NCBI GenBank assembly: GCA_040830765.1
Contig: JBFOMH010000019.1
Span: 143,224-207,223, forward strand
From: Puniceicoccaceae bacterium
GTDB lineage: Bacteria; Verrucomicrobiota; Verrucomicrobiia; Opitutales; Oceanipulchritudinaceae
Length of the DNA: 64,000 nt
Direction: 5' to 3'
The position numbers and the translations under genes were made by a program. A model generated the notes under the pieces. The model made no database searches and had not been told where the DNA came from. It saw only the letters and a list, made by a program, of their open reading frames with translations. Below, piece by piece: positions 35,001 to 47,000 of this stretch (within the stretch, counting starts at the first letter, position 1; every line of letters starts with the position of its first letter).

Positions 35001-38000
35001 TCGGATCGTAGTCGATGATTGTACCGGCCTGCCCGGCGGCCTGCCCTTCTACAACCTGGATACCTCGTCCGGTCAGCTCGATGGCGGCAAGATTCGTCGG
35101 GTGACCCGGGATGGAAATGATCAACTCGTAATCGAGTCCCGGATAGATGCCGGCATACTGGTATTGCGGGTAGAACTTGTCGTAGGTGACGACGGAGGAT
35201 ACCCGGATGAGGAACGGTTGTGCCGTGGTCGGCGCTGGAATCAGGTACTCGAGGAAGGGATCATATGGGCTGTTGCTTCCCTCGTCGACCGGGACAGAGG
35301 AATCCGGGACATACTTGGAGGAAGCCAGAATCGAGCCGCTGGTCGGATTGATCAACTCAATGACCGGGCTAATGGTGTAGTTGACCGTTTCGAGAATCGG
35401 CACCGTCTTGTAGACCGGGATGAATCCGAAGAGGTAGTAATCGACGACTTCCTCGTAACCGGTCACGACCTGGAAGCTGCCCTTGACCAGTTTGGTGTTG
35501 TCGATATCGAAAACGGCAAAGACATCGCCACCCCGTTCGGCGCGGAAGGCAAATGGGTTGAGGCCATGACCACCACCGGGCTTGGTCAGGTCCGGCGCAC
35601 CGGATGAGCCGTCCTGGTCCTCGATGGTGATGGAAGTATCGGTGGCACTGGCCTTGTAAAGTCCGAGTGCATCCACGACCTTGGCCAGTTCGTCCGCCAC
35701 CGTCTTGAAATTGAGTTCACCGAGCTGTGTTCCCTCCTTGAGGCCGCCCGGGACTTCCCAGAAGTATTCCACGTTATTGAGGAAGACCGAGAAGACCTGA
35801 CCGGCGGAGACATCGCGCAGACCAGCATCCCCTTGCAGGTCGAAGGTGACCGAGAAGAAGTGTGGATCGCCGTCTCCGGGCCACGTTACAGCCGTGGTAA
35901 AGTCTTCTGCACCATTGGAGCTGTCCGGATCGACGAAGGCATGGACGCGGACCCATCTCAGGTCACCGAGTTCGACCAGGTTACCGTCGGAGCGAACGAC
36001 CTTTACGGAGCCGTCGGCCTGGGCGGTTGCCGAAAGCACACCGCTGAGCCCGGTCGATGCATCATCAAGGGCCGAATCGAGGAAGGCCTTGACGGCATCC
36101 GCGATACTGGTGGAAGCGCCGCTGGTGGTGCCAACGGTAAAGGACGGATCCGGGGTTTCCCCGTTGTAGGACAGGATAAAGGTGTCACCTGCGTAGAGTG
36201 GTGTGGCATACCCGGCCACATCCGGATGGATGATCATTTCCCAAGGCAGCTTGACCGTACCGGAAAGCGTGGCGCTGGCAGAGACATCGACCGGATCGAC
36301 AAGCGGTGAAGTGACGGTAAATGAGCCTGGGCCGAAGATGAAGAAGGAAGTACTGGTGAGGGAAACCGTGGAGTAATCACCCGTTACCAGGGCCTTAAGG
36401 CTGGTTGTCACGGAGGAAAGGCTTGGATTGGTGCCACTGACACCACTCTTCAGCGGGACAGGATAGCTCGGGTCCGTGCCGGAGCTCAGGTCAAGGCTCC
36501 AGGTCTGGCCTTCATAGACGACTCCACCTAGTTCAACGAGATAGGCACGGACACTGGTACCCGACTTGACATTGGTGTCTGTCGTACCGTTCAGATCCTC
36601 AGTGAGGGTTGCCGTGAAGGCGGCCAGGCCGGAGTCGCGCCAGATCGTTAGAATCTTGCTTGATGAGTTGTAATCAGCCGAGTAGATGGTGCCATCGATT
36701 GCGGTTTCCAGGGCGCCTGCCTTGGCATCGACTCCGGTGAGACTGTTGGAGGTAATGTTGATATTACCGATGCCGGTCAGGGCCAGTATCCAGTCGTCGT
36801 TATTGTCTGCCTCAAGGCCACTGCTGAGGTTCAATGTCACATAGGCCGTGCCAGTAGCGTCCAGTGTACCCCCTATCGGCTGGGCATCGACCTCCAGGTA
36901 CTGGAAGCCGCGGTTGCCGGTCCAGGTAGACTTGAAGACAAAGGTGATCTTGCCGTTAGAGGAAGCCGTGACCGAGGTGAATGGATCGCTCGGACCGCTG
37001 AGAATATTAAACTTGTTGGCAAGGTCCTCGGCCACGCCGATAACTTCATCGGGCAGTCCGGAATTGATGGTATTGAGCTGCGTCAACAGGCCGACATTAC
37101 TGGTCTTTTCAATGTTGGCCACCTTGAGTCTCCAGTCCTCTCCCTGATGCGGCGCGCCCCCAAGGTCGACAGTCAGGGTGGTCCAATTGATTGCGGTATA
37201 GGTCGCGCCAACTGGCAGGGAACCGGTCTGACCGGCAGGGGTGCCGGAGATCTTGGCACTGCCATCCGGATTGATGCCGGTTGTGGTAATGGAGACCGAG
37301 ACACCGGCAGCAGCCACCGCATTGAAGGTCACCTTGTCGGCTGATCCGCCAACACTGGAAATGATGCCACTAAAGGCGGCTGCTCCAAGGGCGGTGCGGA
37401 TGCCTGCCGCAACCTGATCGGGAGATGTGTAACCAGTAAGGATGCTTGCTCCGGTAGGTGTGGAGGTTGAGTTGATGGTTACCACCCATGTATCGGCGGC
37501 ATCGATACCAGAGCCATCAATGTCAATCTCGACATTGCCAAAGAGGATATCGGAGCTTCCAGCGGCATTCTTGGCGGTTGTTGTCCGGCTGACCGTTCCC
37601 GCATTATTCACGGTATGGACAAGCCCGTCGACACTGCCGGCCTCACCACGACCCTTAAGGACAAATCCTCCGCCGAGGTTGCTCACGGTGAGCGTATTTG
37701 TGGTGGCATCGACCGAGTAGCCTTCGATGAATCCGTCGGTCTGGGCATCGAGGATTTCCTGGGCCAGCGCGGCGGCGACACCGGCTGCTGAGGAATTGGT
37801 GCCATCGACAGTGACGATGAAGTCGCGGTAACCCAGACCCAGCTGATAAGTGTCGCCCACCTCGACCTTGTCGGTCAACTGGAAGGTAACCGTGCTGTAA
37901 TACTGGGAACCATCGGAGCTGCCGGATGCTCCTTCGACCTCGTCCGGATTGGCATCCACGTGGAACTTGTAGATGTCGTAGGACCAGTCACCGGTACCGA

Positions 38001-41000
38001 CCACCTTGACATACGGTGTGGTGTAGTCGATTCCCGGACGATCACCCGGCTCGCCAGCGAGGTGGATGTTGCCCACGGCAGGATCGTAGAAAGTGAAGAA
38101 GCTCGAACCGTCGGAACCATCGCCATCCAGTTCCTGCCCGGTGGAGGAATCAATGGCGCCGCTCTGGTTGTTACCGAATTCATCTTCGAGCACCGGCTCG
38201 GGAGCGAAGATAAAGGAATCCTCGGCATGCTGTTCAATGGAGAAGTGCAGTTCGTAGTCGACCCCTTCCGGGACCCCGTCGATACCGACAGGCCAGGCTG
38301 CCGTGACCTCAACGTAGTACGTACCCGGTGTCTCAATGAAGTAGGACAACTGGCTGTCATAGAAGTAGCTGCTACCCGGATCCAGCGTCCAGCTGAACCA
38401 GGAACCTTCCTCGAGGAGGGTCGGCGTGCGGGGCTGATCCGGATCCAGTGGATCGACCAGTTCGTACAGCTTGAGCTGGCTGGCCCAGAACTGGGAATCG
38501 CCGATATCGAATCCGTGGTCGATGTCGAAGAAGACTTCCAAGCCCTTGTATCCAACGGTGCTACCGCTGTTCTCGGACTTGTAGGCCTCCACCGATGCCT
38601 CGTACATTTCCTCGGTGACCTCGAAGGAATAGAAGTCCGCATTGCCGTCACCCGTGCCAAGAATGGTAGTGTGCGGCAGGAGATTGGACTTGTAGATATT
38701 GGCCACGAAAGTGGTATTCCACTTGGAGGTATCGATATCCTGCGGGATGAAGACAGAGTCATGAACCTCTTCCTGTTCCTCGCCGATGGAGGTGCCGAAG
38801 TCGCCCACAAAAATGACCGCATAGGTGCTGCCATCGGAAACCAGCTCGACCTTGATGAAGATACTGAAGGTCTCGCCGCCACCGGTCTTGTCGACTTCAA
38901 TGTATTCGCCGGAAGATGTGGCCGTGTAATCGGTCAAGGCATCAATTTGTCCCGCAAGGGCACTCGCAATTGCGGTAAAGGAGGTGCCGATGATGGGTGT
39001 TGCTGTGCTGACAGAGGTACCCGTTTCATCAACGAGGTGGGCCGTCCAGCGCATGTTCGTGGTCGGTTGCTCAGGCTGGATTCCGTCGAGGGTCGCATTG
39101 GTATCTTCCGGAGAGAGACCGAGGCGGAAGCGGGCGAGGTCAGTCTGGGTCGGGAAGCCATTGCCAAGGAGGACCAACTCCGTCGGCTCGATGACATCGG
39201 TTGACTCGAGGGACTGGATAACGAGTACGCCCGGAGCGTCGTTGTCGGCAACAATGACGTCGATGGAGTTTGGTACGGTGACTTCACGGTTTTCACCAAC
39301 CACATACTTGTACTCGACGGTGTTGAGGTCTTCGCCCGCCGTCACGGAAACATCGCTCTGGGCATCGACCTCGGCCTCAGCAGGCAGGGTGATGACAAGA
39401 TCCAGCGTGAAGGCTCCAAAGCGCTCGACCTGGATGCTGGCCGTGTCGTCGTCCAGTTCGGTAGTCCCGCCATCGTTATAGGTAACGGAGGCTGAGTAAC
39501 CGGTGAAGGCGTCAATCTGGGTTTCCAGATCGTCAACGATGTCCTGCAAGGTCTCATCCTCACCGACGGTATAGCTGGCCTGCACACCCCAACCCATCGC
39601 AGTGAGGTCGATGGTGTACGTTTCGCCTTCTTCCGGTGCGCCGTTGAGGCTGACCGATTGGACATCCGGGCTGGCGCCGAGGATGAGCGTCCAGGCCGAC
39701 CCCTCGGCATAGGCGAAGGTATCATTGGTGAAGTCGACGTGGGTCAGCTGGTAAACAAGCTTGGCGTAGTGGGTCGGGCTTTCGAGGGACTCACCCGTGC
39801 TGTGGGCCTTGGCGCTGCCTCCGGAATCCGTAACATCGACTTGGGAAGCAGACTCGGCCAGCAGGACATCCAAGCTGAATGGCGTGCCATCGGTGGTGAA
39901 GATGACCACGGATTCGCCAGTTGTGCTTCCATCTATCTCAGCACTGCTCTGGACGGTGCTACCGGTCACGGAGATGCGGATTGAGAAGTAATCCGTGCCC
40001 TTGTTGACCGTAAATTCAGTACCCGTCGGATCGGTTGCGGTAAAGTCGGTCAACTCGTCAATCTTGTCGGACAACTGGGTTGCGATGTGACTCAAGTTGT
40101 TGCCGCTTTCCACGGTGTAGGAAACCTCGATGCTGTTGTCCAAGGTCACGGTCCAGACATCTCCCTTGAGCGGGGTGCCCTTCAATTCGACATCAGCGGT
40201 GGTGAACTTGGTGGCAAAGCGGGTTCCACTGAGGTTGATGACGTTGCTCAGCCCATTGGCAACATCCTGCAGGGTCTCTGCGGAGGCCGTTGTGCCCTGG
40301 CGGGTGTAGCGGAATTCCGTGTCATCGAGGGTGACAATCCAGACCGAGCCGGTAACATCATCAACGGCTGTGTCATCAAGGGTGACATCCGCCACGTTCC
40401 AGGCCTTGACGCTGTCGGCCGTGACGATCTGGAAGCCGAGGGCAGTCTCGCCACTGAAGGTGGCCCGGCCCTCGGACTCACCAGAGGCGTAGAAATTGAC
40501 CTTGAGGAACTTGTTGTTGGAACTGGAAAGTTCGATCGATGTGCCGTCCAATGAGGCGTCGACACCATCCTGCCCGTCAATCTTGCCGACCAGGGCGGAG
40601 GCGATCGTGGCGAGTGTATCATCAACATCAACTGTATGGAAGAAGGCCCGGCCATTGATCGTAACAACCCAGGTTTCCCCTTCTGCCGGTGTGCCGGCAA
40701 GGTCAATATCGACAGCCGTAAACGGTGTCAGCAGGTTGCCCTGGAAGGCAGGACCAGTGATTTCCACCGTATCCGTTCCGGAATCACCTTCATAATCGGT
40801 GTCGATGTTGCCATCGATGATATTGGCGATGCCGTCGACGACGTTGTTCTTTGTCACGCCGAGGAAGAACTCCATGTCGCTCTCGGATATGCGGTGATTA
40901 ATCCGGGCGTAGTGTGTCCCCTCCTTGGCGTTGTCATTGACGGCACGGACAACCACTTCCTTGGGCTGATCCCAATCCGTCTGGTCGAAGGTCACGGTCA

Positions 41001-44000
41001 CGGCACCTTGTACCGGAACGCCGTCGACCTCGGTGATGGTCTGGGTATCACCGTCAATTTCCGTAATGAGGACATTGCTGTTCGGAGTGAGGGTGATTTC
41101 GACCTGACCGGTCGGCCGCTTGGTCAGGACAATCCAGTAATTATCAGACTGGAGGAATCCCGGTGCATCTGGATCAGAGCCGGCTGCGACGGTGAATTCC
41201 CAATCGCCGCCTTCCCCGACGATCGGGGAGAAGATGCTTGCCGAGTCCACACTGGTACCATCGTGACCGGCAATGAGGACGGCTGCCGAATCGTCATCGA
41301 CCACAGTGGCCACGACCCCAAGGATGGCCAATCCGTCATAGGCGCCACCATCAGCGGCACTGGCTCCCTGCTGGGTGCGGTGGACAATGGTGTACCCGTT
41401 GGTTCCCTCGGCCAAGTTATCAGCCGGGGCAAAGACAAAGACTTCCTGCGGAACGAACCAGTCCTGGCGGGTAAAGGTCAGGGTGAGGCCGTTCTCGTCC
41501 GGTGTGCCCGAGTCGCTGGTGGACAGGCCAACGCCCTTTCCACCTGCGGCGAGGACACTTTCACGGATGGCCACCGGAGCAGCGGTGACAAGGACCGTTT
41601 CTTCGGGTGAACGGGTCAGGACGACCTGGTAGGACTGGACTACCAGTGCGACTCCGCCACTTTCAAAGACCCGGATCGGGCCCATGGTCGAAAGGACCAC
41701 TACATCCGCTTCATCGTTATCGCGCACATCAGCCGAGACATCCCGGACAAAGACGTTCTTGTATTCCGGATCGTCAGTGGTTGTGGTCTGGATGACAAGG
41801 CCGCTGTGCCCCTCGAGATTGTTACTGACGACGGTAACCTCGCGGCCGCCACTGCCACCGATGCTGAAGTTGTCGCTACCCAGCCCGCCAACAACTTCGA
41901 GGGAAACTTCCTCGCTGGTACTCTCGATGAAGAAGCGGTCATTCCCCTCGATGGCGTCGACGACGATGCGCTCAAGCCCGCTGTAGGTAACAAACAGACC
42001 GGCCCCGTAGACTCCCTGTTCGTTAATGACAAAGTCATCACCAAACTCAGTGCCAATCACGGTCAAAGTATCGAATCCGTCACCACCCTCAATCCGGACC
42101 GGGGCATTCACGGTAAAGGAAATGAAGTCAGCACCCTGGCCGCCGTTGATGTTGGTGAACGGTGCCTTGGGATCGTTCGGATCGACCTTGACGAAGGCCC
42201 GGACGGTAAAGGTGTCATCATCCTCATCCCCAAAGAGGAAGAGCTCGGCCTTGTTGCTGTAGACCGTAAAGTTGTCATTGCCGGTGCCGCCGAAGAGGGT
42301 CGAGCTGAAGCTGATACCATTGGACAGGAAGCCGCGGGTAATCTGGGTGGTCTCGAAGTAGTCTTCCTCGGCGAGGCCATTATCAGGATTGTTGCCATCC
42401 CGGAAGGATTCGAAGACCTGTCCGATCTGGAAGGTGTCGTTACCGGCATCACCGAAGACCGTGACCGGGGCCAGGTTGTCATCAAGGACGAAGACGTCAT
42501 CGGCATCCCGGCCAAAGACTTCGACCGCACCATTGATGTCGTAGTCGTAGTTGATGCGTTCGATGACACCACCGGGGACCGGTTCGCGGTTTTCATCAAC
42601 CTCGATAGCGGCAACCATACCCTGGCCAATCTCCTTGTTGGCCCGGAAGAGGAAGTAGTCGACTTCGTTGGTGCCGTAGATGCGCAGGCGGTCGATGCCC
42701 GGATCGCCGCGGGACTCGTCGAAGACATTGATACGGGAGGAAATGCGCCCAGCGAGGCCGATTTCGTATTTGTCACTGCCCTGCTGGCCATGGAGGGTCA
42801 GTTCGCCGTCGATACCGCTTTCAAAGGTCTGCTTGCCACTGCGGTCGTAGTTGACCCGAATGATGTCGTTCCCGTTACCGGCACTGACAGTAGTCGTACC
42901 GGAAATGCTACGGATGTTCACGACATCGTTAACGCCATTGATAACCGGTGATTCATCGCCCATGTCGATGGTGGTGACACCGGTGTGGGTTGAATCGAGG
43001 AAGAAGGCGTTGTCATTGTCGCTGAGCCAGATGCGCAGGAGTTCGAAGCTGGTGTAGTTGACTCCCAGGGTCATGCCCATGCCGAGGATTTCGTCACGGG
43101 TCAGCTCGCCTGCCTCACGCTCGGTATCACCGGCATCGTAAATCTTCAGGGTATCGGCGGTCCCTTCCCCACCCTCGATGGTCAGGCGTCCAAGGATAGC
43201 ATTGACGTTGCCGTCGAGGGCATCGATCAGGGTACTGGTCTGGCCGAGTTGTCCGGCTGTGCTACCGACACGGACAGTGTCATTACCATCACCGGTGGAG
43301 AGGTTGAGATTCCCGTCGACGCTTTCGATATTGATGATGTCATCACCACCGAGACTGGTCAGGTTCGTGATCGAGTTACCCGCGTGGGTGCTCTCCACGG
43401 TGAAGTAGTTCCCGACACCATCAAGATGGATGTTGAGCACTTCCAGCGTGCTGTAGGTGACGCCGCCGTTCGGGCCGAAGAGCAGATTGCTGGTACCGGC
43501 CACGTTGTTGCGCAAGGTCGTGGCGGTAAGGGTACCATGATTGATCGGAATCAGGTCAGTATCCCCGGAGTCGTCAAAGGAGACGATGTCCTCGTCAAAA
43601 CTGCCTTGGCCGTTGATGGTCATCGGTGCCCTGATATTGTCGAGAACACCCCGGACAAAACCATCGGCTGACGGATCATCGACACCATCAACCGTTGCCG
43701 TACTGCCGACGTTGACAATGTCACTGCCCGCACCGGTGTTCAGGATGGTGTTGGTATGGATAGCCTGGACAGCGATCCGGTCGTCACCGCCCCGGGTATC
43801 AATTTCCACATTTTCAACACCCGTATGCGTGATGAGCATCGAGGAGACAGTACTGGCTTCAATCTGGCCCTTGGTGTCCAGAACCGGCACTGTCAGGGTC
43901 ATCCAGTCGGCAGAGTCGGTACCGGTTACGACGAGGCGGTCACTGCTGTCAGAGACGGTACTGTCGATGTGGACCTGGGCGACACTGTCGAGCGGCATGG

Positions 44001-47000
44001 TGAGGAGATAGTGCTCCGGATTGCCACTGCTGTTGCCCTGATTGTCGAGGTGGGCTTCGCCGCGCCAGTTGACCACTGAAAGTGTTGTTCCGGCGACGCG
44101 GATGGAACGGTCGAGGTCGTTGACGACGATGGTATTGTTGCCACCCATGCCATTGATCCAGGCAATCTCGAACTGACTGGCGATGTCCTCGACAATGGTT
44201 CCTGAGGCCCAGCGATCGCCTGGGTCGAAGAGCTCGCTGGCAGCGTTCTTGCCAACCGCAAACTGACCGGACCCGGCGCTGTTTTGCAGGGTGCCGACTA
44301 CCAGTTTGTCATCGAAGAGACCGATATCGGAATCGAACTGCTCAACGAGGATATCCGCGGAACCGGAGGAATCGATGAGGATGTCCTTCGAGAGTCCGCC
44401 AGTGACGGTGTCGTTACCGGCACCGGAATCAATAAAGTCTTCAAACTGCGAGCCGATGATGCGGTCGTCATTATCGCCACCAAAGAGGCGCAGGGCAGCG
44501 TAATTTGTCGTCAGGCCGGCGATGACTGGATCAGCGAAGATCAGGTCGTTGCCTTCTGCGGTATCGACGTTGACTGTATCGCCCTCGGCCCGGACCGAGT
44601 CAGATATGACGATCCTGTAGAGTTCGCTTCCAGCAGCGTTGGGCATGAAGAGCGGCGACCCGTCGATTGTGTAACTGTCATAGAAGGTCAGGCTCATGCC
44701 CGGGTAGTTATCCCAGTCGCTGTCGCTGATCCTGATGTAGTCTGCAAGGGCGTTACCGTTGATGGTGATGGTGTCGGCAACCTGGTCCGGGCTGACATTG
44801 ACAACGGGTTGTTCGACCAGTTGACCATTGACTTCAACAAGCTCGATACCGCCCTCGGTAACAATCTTGCCGGCACTGATGTTGACCAGGTCGAGGCCGG
44901 AACCGTTGAGGTGATTCACGGTGAAGGTATCGGCAGCACCACGGCCCTCGATGACCAGGGATTCAAAGCCCTTGCCAATAATGGAACCTTCAGGTGTGCC
45001 GCCCTGGACATTGACCAGCTTGAACTTGTCGCCGAGGAGGGAGGAGAGTTCAAAATTGTCCTCGGTCTTGATGCCGTAGACGCGAAGTTCATCCCCAACC
45101 GTGTCGGGCAGGGACTGGCCGTCTGATCCACCTTCAATCTTGACCAGCTCAAGGGCGACATAATCCCAGTGGATGACATCATTACCGGCATCACCATAGA
45201 TTTCATCGATGCCGCCGCGGCCGTCGATTTCATCATCACCAGTGCCACCGCGGATAACATCGTTACCGGCTCCACCAAAGATGATGTCGTTTCCGGCTCC
45301 GCCGTCGATGGTGGCGCTGCCCGTTCCGTCGAAGACGATGTAGTCAAAGCCACTTCCACCAAAGATGGTGGCATTGATACTGGTCGGGGCCGTGTAGAAG
45401 TAATCGTCACCAGCATCACCGTAGAGAACGGCGGAACCCTTGCCTTCGTAGATGACGACATCATTGCCGCCACCGCCGTGGAACTCGATATCCGAGACAA
45501 CATCCGGTCCGATGTAGATGTGGTCATCGCCCGGACCTGCGTAGGCAACGATCTTCTTGACCCCGCGGAACTGGGTTTCACGGCCACTGAAGAGAACCTT
45601 GATGGTTTCCCCGGTTTCGTCACCGCCAACATGCTCGATCTTGTACAGTTCGGCCCCTTCGCCTTCACCGATACCACGGATGGTATTGCGATCACCCATG
45701 TTGAGATAGAGGACCCCATTGGCCGCCACCGGATCCCAGACCCGGAAGTCACCAGTCGGATTACCGGCAAGGTAGACCTTACGCGGCAGCTCGATGTAGC
45801 CAAGGGTGAAGCTCATGCTGACCGAGACGGAGAAGAAGAGGAATTCAACTTCTGCACTGGCCCGGACAATGATCGGCACGCGGCCTTCGCCTGAAGCAGT
45901 GACGCTGGCGGAAATGGTTACCCCGGCAAAGGTGATGCCGAAGGCCCGCAGCTTGGCCCCACCGGAGAATTCGACGAGGAAGAAGAATTCGGTCAGGCCC
46001 GGGGTGCCGATGACTTCGCGTTCACCAAAGGCGACCCGGAAGTGGAAGCTGGCCTTGAGCCCGAAGCTGTCCGTACCGAGGGTCAGGCCACCATCAAGGG
46101 ATATGTCGAAGTGGCCCTTGTAGTTGAACATGCCATAGGCGGAAAGCGTGACCAGGCCGAAGAAGTCCATGCTGGCATTGAACTCGACGCGCCATGAGCC
46201 AGCCCCTTCATATCCGACCTCAAGGATGAATCCGGCATCGAACTTGAGAACCTCGAGGAAGGAAACGGAGCCATTGAGGGCAATGAGGAAACTGTTGGGA
46301 GCCATCGTGATGCCGACGAGTGTCCTCGAGGCGCCGGTGGTGTTGAGCTGCAGCTTGCCGGAGGCTTTAATCTTGATGACTTCGAATATATTGACGTCCA
46401 GGCTGACATCGAGGAGGAGCGCCAGTCCGGGATTGGAATCCGTGTAGATGGCCGCCCCACCCTTTGCCGAGACGGTTATCGGACCCAGTTCGATATCAAT
46501 TTCAAATTCGATGGAGAAGACGTTGGCCTGCATCGTAATGATGATGCTTCCGGAGGCCGAGGCCAGTCCGAGGAAGGTCACCGAGCCACGCATACCCAGC
46601 TTGAAGCCTGCCTTGACGACAACTGTTTCCCCGTCCGCGGTGGTCAGGGTCTTCTCCTGCAGACCGCCGATGTAAAGTTCTAATGTTGCTTCAACGCTGA
46701 AGCTGAGCCCGATATCGCCACCGAAGCCGGCACCGATCGAGAGGTCCACGTAGGCGGCGAATCCGTCGCCATCGACCTGGAAGACCGCATCGATATCGAA
46801 TTCACCGATACCAAACAGCTTCATCGTCGCGGAAGCGCGAATCTCAATGCTGAATGGATCCGGGCGGAAGACGAATTCAAAGCGGCCCTCAATATCAATG
46901 ACCGGACCCAGGCGCAGGTGACCCTGCAGGACCAGGCGGAGACCGGACTGGATGGTCACATCCCCGAAGAGGAAGAAACCGGTATCCGGGTCGGTGGCCA

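Noticed and set aside
35860..35871. GDPH autoproteolysis motif (VWD-like)
   Set aside because: Spacing to TFD differs from GDPHxxTFDG, and the context matches the first strand of an IN-type module (cf. SQYYSTVTFQL). Probably chance.
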